Positions 28,413-41,614 of a stretch of DNA of 64,000 bases are shown here, in pieces. The first letter of the stretch is position 1, and each line of letters starts with the position of its first letter. The notes under the pieces were generated by a model. The model was given only the letters and a program-made list of their open reading frames with translations, searched no databases and was not told the DNA's origin. Position numbers and translations under genes: made by a program. The DNA comes from Eledone cirrhosa (lineage: Eukaryota): assembly GCA_964016885.1 (NCBI GenBank), contig OZ024751.1:18042001-18106000 (forward strand). Direction: 5' to 3'.

Positions 28413-29002
28413 ATAATTGTTTCTACTTTATGCACAAGGCCAGCAATTTGGAGGGGCGAACCCAGTTCAGCGGTGGAAAGTCTATTAAATCGAACCCAGA
28501 TCAGCGGTGGAAAGTCTATTAAATCGAACCCAGTTCAGAGGTGGAAAGTCTATTAAATAGAACCCAGATCAGCGGTGGAAAGTCTATAAAATCGAACCCA
28601 GTTCAGAGGTGGAAAGTCTATTAAATCGAACCCAGATCAGCGTGGGAAAGTCTATTAAATCGAACCCAGTTCATTACTGGTGCTTTATTTTATCGACCTC
28701 TTAAGGATGTAGGGCAAAGCTAACCTCGGCGGGATTTGAACTCAGAACATAAAGGGACGTAACTATGCTGCGAAACTTAGTGTGCGATGCTCTACCCATT
28801 CTGCCACTTAATACTAGCATAACTAATTGTTTCTATTTTTGGCATAAGGCCAGCAATTATCCCAGTTCATTACTGGTGCTTTATTTTATCGACCTCTTAA
28901 GGATGAAAGGCAAAGTTAACCTCGGCGGGATCTGAACACATAACGTAAAAGGACGTAACTATGCTGCGAAGCATGGGGTCCGACGCTCTACTGATTCTGC
29001 CA
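28413..29002 (-). mobile_element. Two family-1 SINEs; the first contains a 34-bp tandem expansion (about 28457-28672)
   Basis: Six or so units of CAG(C/A)GGTGGAAAGTCTATTAAATCGAACCCAG(A/T)T inside the SINE body. Confidence 0.88.
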
Positions 29003-29305
29003 CCTAGTACTAGCATAAATTATGGCAACAGCAATGTCAACAACAACAACAAAACCAGCAACTGTGTGAGCAAATTCAACAGTAACAACGACGAAGATCG
29101 TATAAGAAAAATCATCAACAACGACAGCATCTCCAACCGTAACAACAACATGAAGAACATACGTTGACATGAATGTTGTAGTACATAGTTGCATTAATAC
29201 TGACAACAGAACAAAAAACCAACATGGACTACAATAGCAACAAGGACGACAATACAGTCAATAACAACATCAATTAACCTTTATGAGATCGTAAAAGATC
29301 AAATA

Positions 29306-29412
29306 CGCAGGTGTGAATGACTCGCGAGGTGGAATGACTCTTTCAGCGCATCTCCCTAACCATTTCCGGGGAAACGCCTTCTCCATTCTGTCCGCCAGGG
29401 CTGTGGGGAGGC
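29306..29412 (+). mobile_element. CRE-like non-LTR C-terminal remnant
   Basis: E*LFQRISLTI-(frameshift)-RGNAFSIL; homologous to 15836-15960. Confidence 0.6.
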
Positions 29413-29987
29413 CAGCACGTGGGACCCCATTTGCTAACCATATGGATTAAGACATATAACCTCTCTTTTTCTTTTATTTGCTCTTTTACAACAGTTACAG
29501 CAACGACAACAATGGCGGCATTAACAATGGTAACAACAGTAGCGCCAGTTGTAGAAGTAGCTAGAATGAAAAAAAAAAAAAATAACAGCGCAAGAATATC
29601 TGGGTGCTATGTAAAAGCTTCGTCTATTAAAGGCCCCCCCCCCCCCCTTTGGGCGGTTTCAACTTTTGGGTGGGTGATGATCCACTGAACAGACGTTCTT
29701 GGGTGATTGGAAATTTGGGTAGGCGATATAGGATTTGAGTATTACTAAAGTGTTTGAAAATATGCTACACTTTGATCATTTTTACTACATCATAAAATGT
29801 CAGTTTACGAACCAGAAAAATACATTTTACCTAACATTTTTTATATGCTTTTAAATATTCACTTTTCATGTGGGCGGTAGACCATTTTACCATGTCAAAG
29901 TGGGCGATGACACATAAAATCTCTATTAGAACCTTTGTTCTATTAGAAATACCTCTCAGATCTAACAATCATTATCTATACGATGAA

Positions 29988-30178
29988 GGCGGGGATTGGC
30001 AGTATTGGTAGAGGGTCGGGCGCCATGCATTGCATCATAGAGTTACGTCCCTGTACAGTCTGAGTTCAAATCCTGCCGACGTTAACTTTGCCCTTTATCC
30101 TTATAGGGTCGATAAAATAAAGCACCAGTAAAGTACTGAGGTAATTGCTGGCTTTTTGTCAAAAGTAGAAACAGTTAT
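29988..30178 (+). mobile_element. Family-1 SINE
   Basis: Full A/B boxes, body and tail. Confidence 0.88.
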
Positions 30179-30809
30179 CTACACGACGAAAATTGTTGCT
30201 ACTGGAATATTTAAACCTCACGTTCTCTGTTATTACTTGAACAAATAAACAATACTCTCTCGAAAAAAAATTCATTGGGTAATAAGGTTGTGTTTCCTAC
30301 AATAGCGAACTTACTCATAAGTCTTAAGTATACACAACACTATTATTATTAGCAATCAATACAGAACATTATGAGGCAACGACAATGTTAACTTAAGAGA
30401 TAGCTCAATGAAGATTGCAATTGGTAAATTAATGTGTGAGACAACCCGAAGAAACACCCTCTTATCTAATGCTATGGCAGCCATAACATGGGTAGATAAA
30501 CTGTATGAGAGAAATCACTAATGTGTTTTGCTATACTTCAAAAAGTCACTGGATTGACGACTGTAACGGAAATATGAACGAGAGATCTCGCATGAGTTTG
30601 ATTCCTGGTTTAATCGAAATATCGGCTAGGATGAGAAACAAAAGATGGAAAATTACTACCAAGGTCATTATCATCAAGGTCATCACTAAGTCAGTAACAA
30701 GGTCATTTTTTTCAAGTTCACTACAGCTGTAAATACCTCAAATGAATAGTGAATATGTTGGAATAAACTTAGACAACTGAAACAACCAACACTAAACCTC
30801 TAACTTATA

Positions 30810-31740
30810 CCACTACAATCATCATCACTTTTACTACTAACATCACCACCACAACCAGTAGCACCACCACCACCAGCACCACCATCACAACCAGCAGCAC
30901 CAGCACCACCATCATCACAACCACCACCACAACCACCACCATCACAACCAGCAGCACCAGCAGCACCATCATCACAACCACCACCACCACCACCACAACC
31001 ACCACCATCACAACCACCACCACCACCACCAGCACCGCCACCACCACCACCATCACCACCACCACCATCACAACCACTAGCACCATCACAACCACCACCA
31101 CCATCATCACAACCACCAGCACCACCAGCACCACCACCATCACAACCGCCGCCGCCACCGCCACCACCACCACCACCACCACCACCACCACCACCACCTG
31201 GGGCTATGTTATACTGCAGCAATATGAATGTTGATTTTCCTCACGAAAAGATACCTTGTGTGGCTCCCCAAACTTGATCCTTGCCTACAGCGTTGTCATG
31301 GAAATTGACCTCGGTTTACTCCTGGGAGGTAGTGGTGGTGATAGTGGTGGTGATGGTGGCTTCGGTAGGGTTAGTGGCAGTGGTTGTGTTGGTGGTAGTG
31401 GTGGTGATGGTGGCTCTGGTAGGGTTAGTGGCAGTGGTGGTGATGGTGGCTCTGGTAGGGTTAGTGGCAGTGGTGGTGTTGGTGGTAGTGGTGGTGGTGT
31501 TGGAAGTAGTGTTAATAGTGATGCTGATGGTTGCTGTGGGTGGTGAGGTTAGTGGTGGAGGCTGTGGTATTGTGGGTGGAGCTGTTAGTGATCGTGGCTG
31601 TGATGAGGTTAGTGGCAGTGCTGTTGTTGGTGGTGGTAGTGTGGGTGGTGATAGAGCTGCTGGTGGCTGTCGTTAGGTTATTTGGGGTGGTGGTGGTGGG
31701 GGTGGGGGGTGGGGTGCTGAAGGGGGGGTGACGGTGTTGG
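30810..31740. repeat. (CAC/CAG)n degenerate trinucleotide tract (30810-31198) and opposite-strand (GGT)n-rich tract (31325-31740)
   Basis: Visible directly. Confidence 0.9.
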
Positions 31741-32079
31741 AGCCATTGGTGTTAGTGGTAGCGTGAGGAATAGGTTTAGTTGAGTTTGTAATATTAATTT
31801 TCATAATAATTGTTTCTAATATTAATATTAATTTTCATAATAATGATTTCTACATTGAACACGAGGCCAGCAATTTGAGGAGAAGTAAAAGTCTATCAAA
31901 ATCGACACCAGTACTTCACTGGTACTATGTTTTATCGACCCCGTAATGATCTTGTCTTAATGTCTTCTAGTTAACAGAACCAAGCTAACATGAGATCCAC
32001 AAATCCGGCCGCACGCTGGGCATTTGAGGTTTTGTTGGGGAAAAGCCTAATGAAACCTCATTATCGAATTTACTGCTTT

Positions 32080-32225
32080 GACGCATAGAGTTACGGCCCT
32101 TGCCATACTGAGTTCAAATCCTGCCAAGGTTAACTTTGCCTTTCAATCTTACGGGGTTGATAAAATAAAGTACCAGTAATGTACTGAGTAACTGCTGGCC
32201 TTGTGACAATAGTAGAAACAATTAT
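32080..32225 (+). mobile_element. 5'-truncated family-1 SINE
   Basis: B box, body and tail. Confidence 0.85.
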
Positions 32226-32256
32226 CGAATTTACTGTCTTCTTGTCTTGAAATATA

Positions 32257-32458
32257 CGACGTTTGGCTGAAAAGCTCATAGGCTGACCATGATACTTTCA
32301 TGGAATGACTAAATGAGGTTTATTTTTCAACATAGGCCCTATTATTAAACAATGCAGTTATTAATCAGAAGACTTTAATGAAATTAATGCATGCATGATT
32401 TTACAGCTCTAGCATCACTCCTTCATTGTCAGCCTATGAACTTTTCAGTCTACTCTCG
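32257..32458. mobile_element. Mariner-type MITE
   Basis: TIRs CGACGTTTGGCTGAAAAGCTCATAGGCTGAC / GTCAGCCTATGAACTTTTCAGTCTACTCTCG, TA on the left; relative at about 63396-63562. Confidence 0.75.
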
Positions 32459-33120
32459 TGACCTTGTTAGAAATTGTTATCGTGGGCTATGAATTTACCC
32501 CTAAAACGTTCCTCAGTATGGTACATTCGCGTGCAAGCATCCTTTTGTTTTTTTCTAAAGCTGCCATCAGTTAACTATGAAGGCATGTGTCCTCACTCCA
32601 GACTGCTGATGTTGTCCAAAGGAAAGGCAAATGCTGATATAAATTAGCATATGTGTCATTATTGGTGACAACAGTAAATGAGTCGAGACTGCAAATCATT
32701 TGATCAGACATTATAATTATTCCGAGGTTAACTTTGCCTTTCATCCTTACGGGGTTGATAAAATAAAGTACCAGCAATACACTGGGTAATTTCTGGCCTT
32801 GTGCCAAAACTAGAAACAATTATAATTATTCCGTCAACCCAAACTTTCACTGTTACTTTATTTGTGATTTTATTTGTTCCAAATCATAATCTGCTCGCAA
32901 ATAGATACTGAACGAACAAAAATAAAATTATACCGTTGCGGTATTTGAACTCAGAGTGCCCATATAAATACGTCAAAATGTTATATTTAATGTTCTAACA
33001 ACCTTTAAAAAAACTAAAAACTGCCCCACCTACAGTTTTCACCTGTTTAGTGCTGAAATGTTGGTTTATTTGTTTTATATGGCTATAACATAAGAGTACA
33101 GCTTCCTTCTTTATAATATT

Positions 33121-34245
33121 ATTGACAGAATCGTTAGAGCGTCGGACAACAAGCTTTGCAGTAAAGAGGTAGACGCGTTACGTTTTGAGTTCAAATCCCG
33201 CCGAGATTAACTTTGCCTTTCATCCTTACGGGGTCGATAAAATAAAGTACCAGTCACGTACTGGGGTAGATTTAATCAACTTCCCCTTCCTCAAAATTGC
33301 TGACCATGTGCCTATATATGAAACCATTATTATTTTAATTATTATTATTATATTGCTATAACGTAAGGGTACATCTTCCTGAGTTCAAATCCCGCCCTGT
33401 AACGTACTGGGGTCGATTTAATCGACCCCCCCCCCCCTCCAAAAAAAAAAATTACTGGCCTTGTGCCTATACTAGAAATCATTCGGTGGATTGGCAGTAT
33501 CGGTAGAGGGTCGGACGCCATGCTTTGAAACAGAGTTACCTCCTTTTATGATCTGAGTTCAAATCCCGCCGAACTTTGCCTTTCATCCTTACGGAGTCGA
33601 TAAAATAATGTACCAGTAATGTACTGGTGACTTTGCTAGCCTTGTGCCAAAAAGTAGAAACAATTATTACTAATACGATTACAATTATTATTACTACGCT
33701 GTGGATTGGCAGTATCGGTAGAGGGTCGGACGCCATGCTTTCCAGCATAGTTACGTTACTTTACGATCTGAGTTCAAATCCCGCCGAGGTTGACTTTGCC
33801 TTTCCTCCTTACGGGGTCGATAAAATAAAGTACCAGTAATGCACTGGGTAATTGCTGGCCTTGTGCCTAAAGTAGAAACAATTATTATTACTACGCTGAG
33901 GTTAACTTTGCCGTCCATCCTTACGGGGATCGATAAAATAAAGTACCAGTAATGCACTGGATAATTGCTGGCCTTGTGCCTAAAGTAGAAACAATTATTA
34001 TTACTACGCTGAGGTTAACTTTGCCGTCCATCCTTACGGGGATCGATAAAATAAAGTACCAGTAATGCACTCGATAATTGCTGGCCTTGTGCCTAAAGTA
34101 GAAACAATTATTATTACTACGCTGAGGTTAACTTTGCCGTCCATCCTTACGGGGGTCGATAAAATAAAGTACCAGTCACCCATTTAAACGACTTTCCCCA
34201 TCTCCCCCAAAATTGCTGGCCTTGTGCCTATATAAGAAACAATTA
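33121..34245 (+). mobile_element. Family-1 SINE cluster with tandem about 113-bp repeats of the SINE 3' half (33897-34245)
   Basis: Full copies at 33121, 33485 and 33701, then three units starting ACGCTGAGGTTAACTTTGCCGTCCATCC. Confidence 0.9.
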
Positions 34246-34504
34246 TTACTATTACTTCTAATATTACTATAACTCTTCTAGTAGTAGTAGTAGTTCTGTT
34301 GGCGGCGGTGGTGGTGGTGGTGGTGGTGGAGAATTTTGCTTCTCATGTCTATTCAATAGCATTCCATCTTCCAGTTAAAGCTACCGTCAACAAGAGAAAA
34401 AACTATATACTTCCATTCTGACATGCGCGAAAACTATGATTAATGACGGCGGAAGTCGGTGGACATCATTCATTTCATTCCGGCTTATTTTCTTTCTGTC
34501 TGCG

Positions 34505-34583
34505 TGTATATATATGTGTATATAATATATGTATATATATATATATGTGTATATAATATATGTATATATATATGTGTATATAA

Positions 34584-34660
<77 letters not shown>

Positions 34661-34755
34661 GTTTATATATATATGTATATATATATATATATGTATATAT
34701 ATATACATATATATATATACACACTTAGACACACAAATATATATATTATATTTAT

Positions 34756-34799
<44 letters not shown>

Positions 34800-34848
34800 T
34801 TACACACACGCATATATATGCACACACTTACACATATATATATATACC
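34505..34848. repeat. (TA)n compound microsatellite
   Basis: Visible directly. Confidence 0.9.
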
Positions 34849-35324
34849 TGTCTAGAAATTAGCCTGTATCTTCCACACTTCACCCCAATTCACCCTTATT
34901 GTACAACGGACGCATCACTAAGTCAGGTCAGCTTACAGTTTTGTTGGTCCTACAATTATTATTTTTATTATTATTGCAGTTTTTCTACTTTTTGTTGCTT
35001 TTATTATCCACAGCGCTGTCGTCTTTGACCATGTGACATACGGCTGCCCTCAAGCACTTAGTAAAATCAACCTGAGTCAGTCTCTAGATACAACTCATGT
35101 GAATCGTTCTCCCCTCACACCCCATTTCTTTCATATTCCTTCCTTACAACCCACATCTAACATCCCACATTTCACAGCAAAGGGTCCATATCCGATCCTT
35201 CTCAGCGTCTCATTCAAATTTTTATATGTTTTGCTTATCGGAACCCTAGATGTATACCTACAAACAAATAAACTAACCAGCCAAGCTACCTTGGATCCTA
35301 CACCCACCATTATCATGACTATGG

Positions 35325-35680
35325 TGGGTTGGTAGTATCGGTAGAGGGTCGGACGCCATGCTTTGCAGCAAAGAGTTACGACCCTTTTATGGTCTGAGTT
35401 CAAATCCGCCGAGGTTACCTTTGCCTTTCATCCTTACGGGGTCGATAAAATAAAGTACCAGTAATACACTGGGATAATTACTGGCCTTGTGCCAAATGTA
35501 GAAATAATTATCATGAATAGTCTCAGCATACTCAAAAGCACCACCACAAAAGCCATCACCCTCACAACCACTACAGCCACCATAACCACTAGCAGCATAA
35601 CAACTAACACCATCATCACAACAAGCACTATTACTACAACAATTTCTTCCATCAGCATCATGACCATTAACAAAATCACA
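35325..35680 (+). mobile_element. Family-1 SINE plus a 3' CA-rich flank shared with 62741-62905
   Basis: AATAGTCTCAGCAT.CTCAAAAGCACCACCACAAAAG.. follows the SINE tail at both sites. Confidence 0.8.
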
Positions 35681-36146
35681 CCCGTCACCCTTTCACCCCA
35701 TCACCACGGCATTCAATTACAAATGAAACCACGATGACCACACCACACCACTTAACTTTACTTTTGCCGACATTTAAGATATATGTGTGATAAAACGAAA
35801 CTATCGTTGACCTCTCTACCTTAAGTCTTTTGCATATTATTGACCTTTTTAACCCTTCATGCCAAAAAATATTAACAGCTACATATACGTAAAAGAATCT
35901 ATATGATTCAAAACAAACCTGGCACGAGTCAGAGCGAAGGTTTGGAAAGATGAGGCCAAAATAGAAGCTGCAGTGTCATAGTAGAATAAACCAGCTCCCA
36001 GCAAGGAACTAACATTAAACCACTATCCTTAAGTAGCTAAAGTGTCTTGGACTTATAATGAATGACCCTCTAATGATCACAACGTTCGACAACAATGGAT
36101 TCTGGCTAAATTTTCAAAGAAACAAATTTCCTTTTGCCTTTCCTTA

Positions 36147-36177
<31 letters not shown>

Positions 36178-37792
36178 CATTATTATTATTATTATTATGT
36201 TAATGTTGTTGCTGTTATAATTGTTGTTTCTTTTGCGGTTTTTGTAGGGTATTGATATATATATTTATATTTTTGTTAATTTTTTTTTTAGTTTTCTGTA
36301 TAGTTGCTGTTCGTGTTGATGATGATGATGACGATGATGTAATTGTGTTTGTTGTTGTTATGAGGATATTCGTAGGTGTTTTTCTTTTTTTTTTCTTTGG
36401 TTTTTATTATTATAATATTTTGCTATATTTTTCTTAATGTTGTTGCTGTTATAAATGTTGTTGCTTTTGCGGTTTTTGTAGGGGTATTGATATATATATA
36501 TATATATATTAACTATAATAAAGAAAGGAGTGCGGGATTGCGTCCAGAATATATTTTTTTACCCCGTTTGTAAAATAAGTTGGATTATTTTGAATAAATA
36601 ATGAATGACTATTACTTAATTTATGTGCTAAATTTCGTGGGTGTTGATTAAATATATTTTATAGCTTATTTAAAGATCTTTAAAACTCACTTCTTTAAAA
36701 TGTTTAAATGTCAACACTTCCGGTTAGCGGCCGTTATTTTATAACATATAAAAATATCGCATATTTCCGTCGCTAATTTTCTCCTAATGCAGTTTATATA
36801 TAATATCGTTTTTTAAAATGTATCATGGATTACTTTACTGATTACATAAGACAGTGTAACACAGTCTTCTTTCAATCTCTGTGTATATTGTCAATTGTGA
36901 TTTTATCTGATGTATCATATCTACATGTATATATATTTGTGTCTTATATCAATATACACACTACACATGCTGGCAGAAAACCACCCGGGGTGTGGTTTTT
37001 CTACTAGTATATATATATATATTTTAATTTTATTTAGTTTTCTGTATAGTTGTTGTTCGTATTGTTGATGATGATGTTGTAATGAGGATATTCGTAGGTT
37101 TTTTTTTTATTATTATTTGTAGGCTTTTTTTGTTAATTGTAGTTTTTTTGTTTGTGTTTTGTTTTTTGTTATTTGATTTTTTTTTGGGGGGGGGGGGTAG
37201 GTTTTTAGGTTTTTTTTTAGGTTATATTTTGGGGGTATTTTTTTTTAATTATCTCCAGTGAAATGAAAGTCGTTTGCTGCTGCTGCTAAGTGACCGCTGT
37301 TATATCATTGGTTGAATCCATTAAGCTAATTGCGCCTGTATCATACTGACCACACGCCACACGTATTTGTTTGTGTCTCTTACGATTCTCTTTTGTTTGC
37401 TTGTTTTCCTTTACAAGGACGGCCATGTGAAGCGCATGAATATGTGTGTGTGTGTATATATGTGTGTTTGCGTACCAGTGTTTTAGTGTATGCGTATATA
37501 AGCTTATGTATGTGTTTTTATGTGTATATCTGTCTGTGTATGCGCGCATGTGTGTGTGTGTGTGTTTGCCAGTGTATGCGTATATAGGCGTGCGTATGTG
37601 TTTCTGTGTCTATATCTATCTGCGTGCGTCTGTGTCGGTCGTGTGTGTACGTGTGTGTACGTGTTTGAGCGTTTTTATATATTTGTTTATTAGTGTGTGT
37701 GTGTGTATGCGTGTGATATGTATACATATGTATACATATATACATAGACATGTATATATACATAGACATCTATATATATATGTATATATATA

Positions 37793-37973
37793 TAACGAAG
37801 GAGTTGTGGTAAGGAACCAGGTGGACCATAACGCACCAGAGTACTCAATACTTAGGGTAGTAGAGTGGGTAATAGGAGAAAGTATGACCCCGACGGCAGA
37901 GTTCAAGCCGTTTCGACGGCAATTTCTGAGCCGTCGAAACGGCTTGAGCTCTCCCGTCGGGGTCATACTTTCT

Positions 37974-37978
<5 letters not shown>
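37793..37978 (-). mobile_element. Family A fold-back element
   Basis: Arms about 37872-37920 and 37930-37978, (TA)n on both sides. Confidence 0.85.
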
Positions 37979-38019
<41 letters not shown>

Positions 38020-38856
38020 GACATGTGTATGTGTGTATGTATGTATAAATAAATACATATATGTATAAATAAATACGCACAGACAGATGAGTCTTGAATC
38101 CAATCCTGTAGGATGTCCTTCTCAAGAGGCAAAATCAAAACATCAAAATCACTGCACATCAAAATCATTTTCTCCGAAACATATTCTGCACACGTATTTA
38201 GTTCTCAATCAGTTAATGTTTAACTGATTGTGTACTATTGGAATTGTCTGAACAATGTTGGAAAACTTTTATTTGCATCTTTTCTTTTATCGGTACCACC
38301 CACACAATCTCTGGATACCTTTAAACCCCAAATACTGATTTCTTGTATAGGCACAAGGCGGGGGTGGGGGGAGTCGATTAAATCAACCCCAGTACGTTAC
38401 TGGTTCTCTATCTTATCGACCCGTTGTTAGTTACACTCCAAATACTAATGACAGAGAGAGATGTTCGTAGGAAACTCCCAGACGTCGAAACTCACCCGGC
38501 TCTTTCTGTAATTTTAGGGGAATAAAGGGCCGCCACTCTGAAAGCACAACTTCACATAATGCTGATAACTATGTTGTTGGTTATGATGATGGCAATGACA
38601 GGGATGATGATGATGTACGTGTGCGCCTGCGTATGTGTGTACATTCAAGAATTCTACATATGCTTATAGTATAGGTCCTGCTTATGAATTTGTAGCTAAC
38701 GCTTATTTTGATTTGGAATACTTGAAGAGATTATTGAATTATTAGTATTATATATATATATATATATATATATGCATCAACTATATCATATATATATATA
38801 AATAATCTATATATACATCCTCTATATCATATGTTGTGTGTATATATATATATGTA

Positions 38857-38959
<103 letters not shown>

Positions 38960-38987
38960 CTTATCTATATATACATCCTCTATATCA

Positions 38988-39025
<38 letters not shown>

Positions 39026-39749
39026 GGCGGATATTTATATATGTATACACACGTTTCTCGAATGATAACTTGATAAAGATAAGACTTTAACAATCCTTAG
39101 AATTTTCAAGCAGTCAAACGTAAGTTTCTCTTTAGATCCGCAAACTGTTTGGAAATACGATGGTTTAGCTTGTAAAAGGAAGAATCACTGGAAAGAAGTT
39201 AGAACTGACGGAACTACAACAATAAGAACAACAATAAAAAATCACATCACATGAGTTTCTCTAAAGCCTGTTGGACTGGAGAAGATTTCACGAGAATTCT
39301 AGCTTTCTCCAAGAATCTGTCTCATAAATATTTAACTAAAATATTCCGATTTGCCACCAAATCCAGCCGTTACAAGCAGATTTAGTCCTGTGTGTAGAGA
39401 AAGACACAAAGACATTGATTTTTACATATTGTTATTGATCTCGGCAACATGAAATGTAATATAAAACTTATTTCCACGTATATATCGAACTTAAACATAT
39501 TAGACATAGTAAAAGTAATAACTGACTTCAGAATTGCACACAGAAACACACAGACAGGCAAAACCACACGTACACAAACACACGTCTACGCGCGCAGACA
39601 TATACGCGTACGTACTCACACAGATTGTACATACAATGATGCATTCATATATATATATGTGTGTGTGTGCGTGTCTGTGTGTTTATGTATGTGTGTGTAT
39701 GCATGAGCATAAAAGCGCATATTGACTTATATGTGTATTAGACATTTAT

Positions 39750-40205
39750 ATATATATAAACTTTCTAATACATATATAGTGTATATATATAAACTTTCTA
39801 ATACATATATAGTGTGTGTATATATATATATATACTTTCTAATACATATATAGTGTATATATATATACTTTCTAATACATATATAGTGTGTGTATATATA
39901 TATATATATACTTTCTAATACATATATAGTGTGTATATATATATATATATACTTTCTAATACATATATAGTGTGTATATATATATATATATACTTTCTAA
40001 TACATATATAGTGTGTATATATATATATATAAACTTTCTAATACATATATAGTGTATATATATATATAAACTTTCTAATACATATATAGTTTATATATAT
40101 ATATAAACTTTCTAATACATATATAGTGTATATATATATATATATAAACTTTATAATACATATATAGTGTATATATATATATATAAACTTTATAATACAT
40201 ATATA

Positions 40206-40240
<35 letters not shown>

Positions 40241-40390
40241 TTCTAATACATATATAGTGTATATATATAAACTTTCTAATACATATAGTGTGTATATATA
40301 TATATATAAACTTTCTAATACATATATAGTGTGTATATATATATATATATAAACTTTCTAATACATATATAGTGTATATATATATATAAA
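39750..40390. repeat. Minisatellite ACTTT(C/A)TAATACATATATAGTG-(TA)n, about 17 units of variable length
   Basis: Visible directly. Confidence 0.93.
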
Positions 40391-40831
40391 GTATGTATGT
40401 ATATATATTTATATATATATATAGTGTAAATATATAGGATAAAGGAATGCAACTATACGAACAAGCACGCGTGCTTAAATACTCATTCAGATGTAAAACC
40501 AAACAAACACATTCGCATATATAATCATAATGGATTCTGTGGCTGTGAAATAATGTCATGTAGAAATACTTCAAAGTTTTATAATCCGCAATTACAACAA
40601 CACAAACAAATACCTTATAGACATAAGTAAACAACAACAGCAACAACAGCAATGGGAAGTAAGACGACAACAACAATAACAGCAAGAATAATTACAGTAA
40701 CGACAACACCTACATCATCATCAATAAATACATATCATCTATAAGAGACCATCATAATGATAATGATAATGTTTTCAATTATCTCCCACCAACATCATCA
40801 ACATCACTCCCAGCATTAGTTTTTAATTTAA

Positions 40832-41140
40832 GGTCCTCGTCGGTCACGAATGACCATGGTTTTGCTCCTAGAAAAAAATCCCCTCCAAGGCACAGGCCTA
40901 GGTAAAGTGTATTTGTGGAAGACCACTAGTCGCCTATGCATATCAGTCTTCCCTCTCTACGCCATCGATTTTGTCCAAGGGAAAAACAATTGTAGGTGCA
41001 GCTTGGCACCAGTGACGTCGCAACTCATTTCTACGGGCTGAAATAAAGTGTCTTGCTGAAGGCTTCCACGCATAACCCGGTCTGGGAATCGAACTCACAA
41101 TCTCACGATTGCAAGCCGAAATCTTGAACCACTAAGCTAT
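40832..41140 (-). mobile_element. Second tRNA-derived SINE family
   Basis: Minus strand starts TAGCTTAGTGGTT (A box), then GAGTTCGATTCCC (B box), then AGCAAGACACTTTATTTC; fragments at about 16350-16530 and 32570-32660. Confidence 0.7.
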
Positions 41141-41509
41141 CCAATAAAAAAACTACAAAAATATATTTAGTGACACAGCCAACTAAATAGGTTTGTGGCA
41201 GTTGAGACTTCCGAGGTTTTCTGGACCCGTACAACATCCCTGCTCTCTGCAATCGTAGTGGTTTTGGGTACAGGCAAGTGCGAGTCTCAGGAGGCGGAGT
41301 GGTTAGTTTAGCGTGTCTCCCTTGCCATCCTCCTGGGCCATGTCTTCTCCATCCTGCACCCATCATGGTCACAAGGCAGACTTACCCATAGATTTAATTT
41401 ATGGTGGCGGCATGATGAATAATTTTACTTATGCTTTAGCAGCATCGTAACTCATTCACAAATGTTTAATGCTGAAATATGTTTCTATATATATCATATT
41501 TTTTATCCA

Positions 41510-41614
41510 TAACATCTCTCTCTGATGACCGATCCAGACGTATATTAATATTGACTGGGATCCAGAAACCTTTGGTAATGGAATAGTTATATTTTGTGTT
41601 GTTCACTCTCTAAT
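41510..41614 (+). ncRNA. Family B hammerhead motif
   Basis: CTGATGA-cc-GATCCAG..CTGGGATC-ca-GAAACC-ttt-GGTA^ATGG; stem I weak. Confidence 0.6.

Noticed and set aside
28457-28672. CRISPR-like regular repeats
   Set aside because: Units are contiguous with no unique spacers, lie inside a SINE, and there are no cas genes in this eukaryotic DNA.
29370-29405. SVRQGC resembling an RT motif
   Set aside because: A different frame gives a better CRE-like C-terminal match that is shared with 15836-15960.
30800-31546. Gly-rich ORFs on opposite strands, possibly a structural protein or a large hairpin
   Set aside because: Degenerate trinucleotide tracts; complementarity is compositional only.
39750-40390. 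Constant repeat with variable spacers, CRISPR-like
   Set aside because: The spacers are only (TA)n of varying length.
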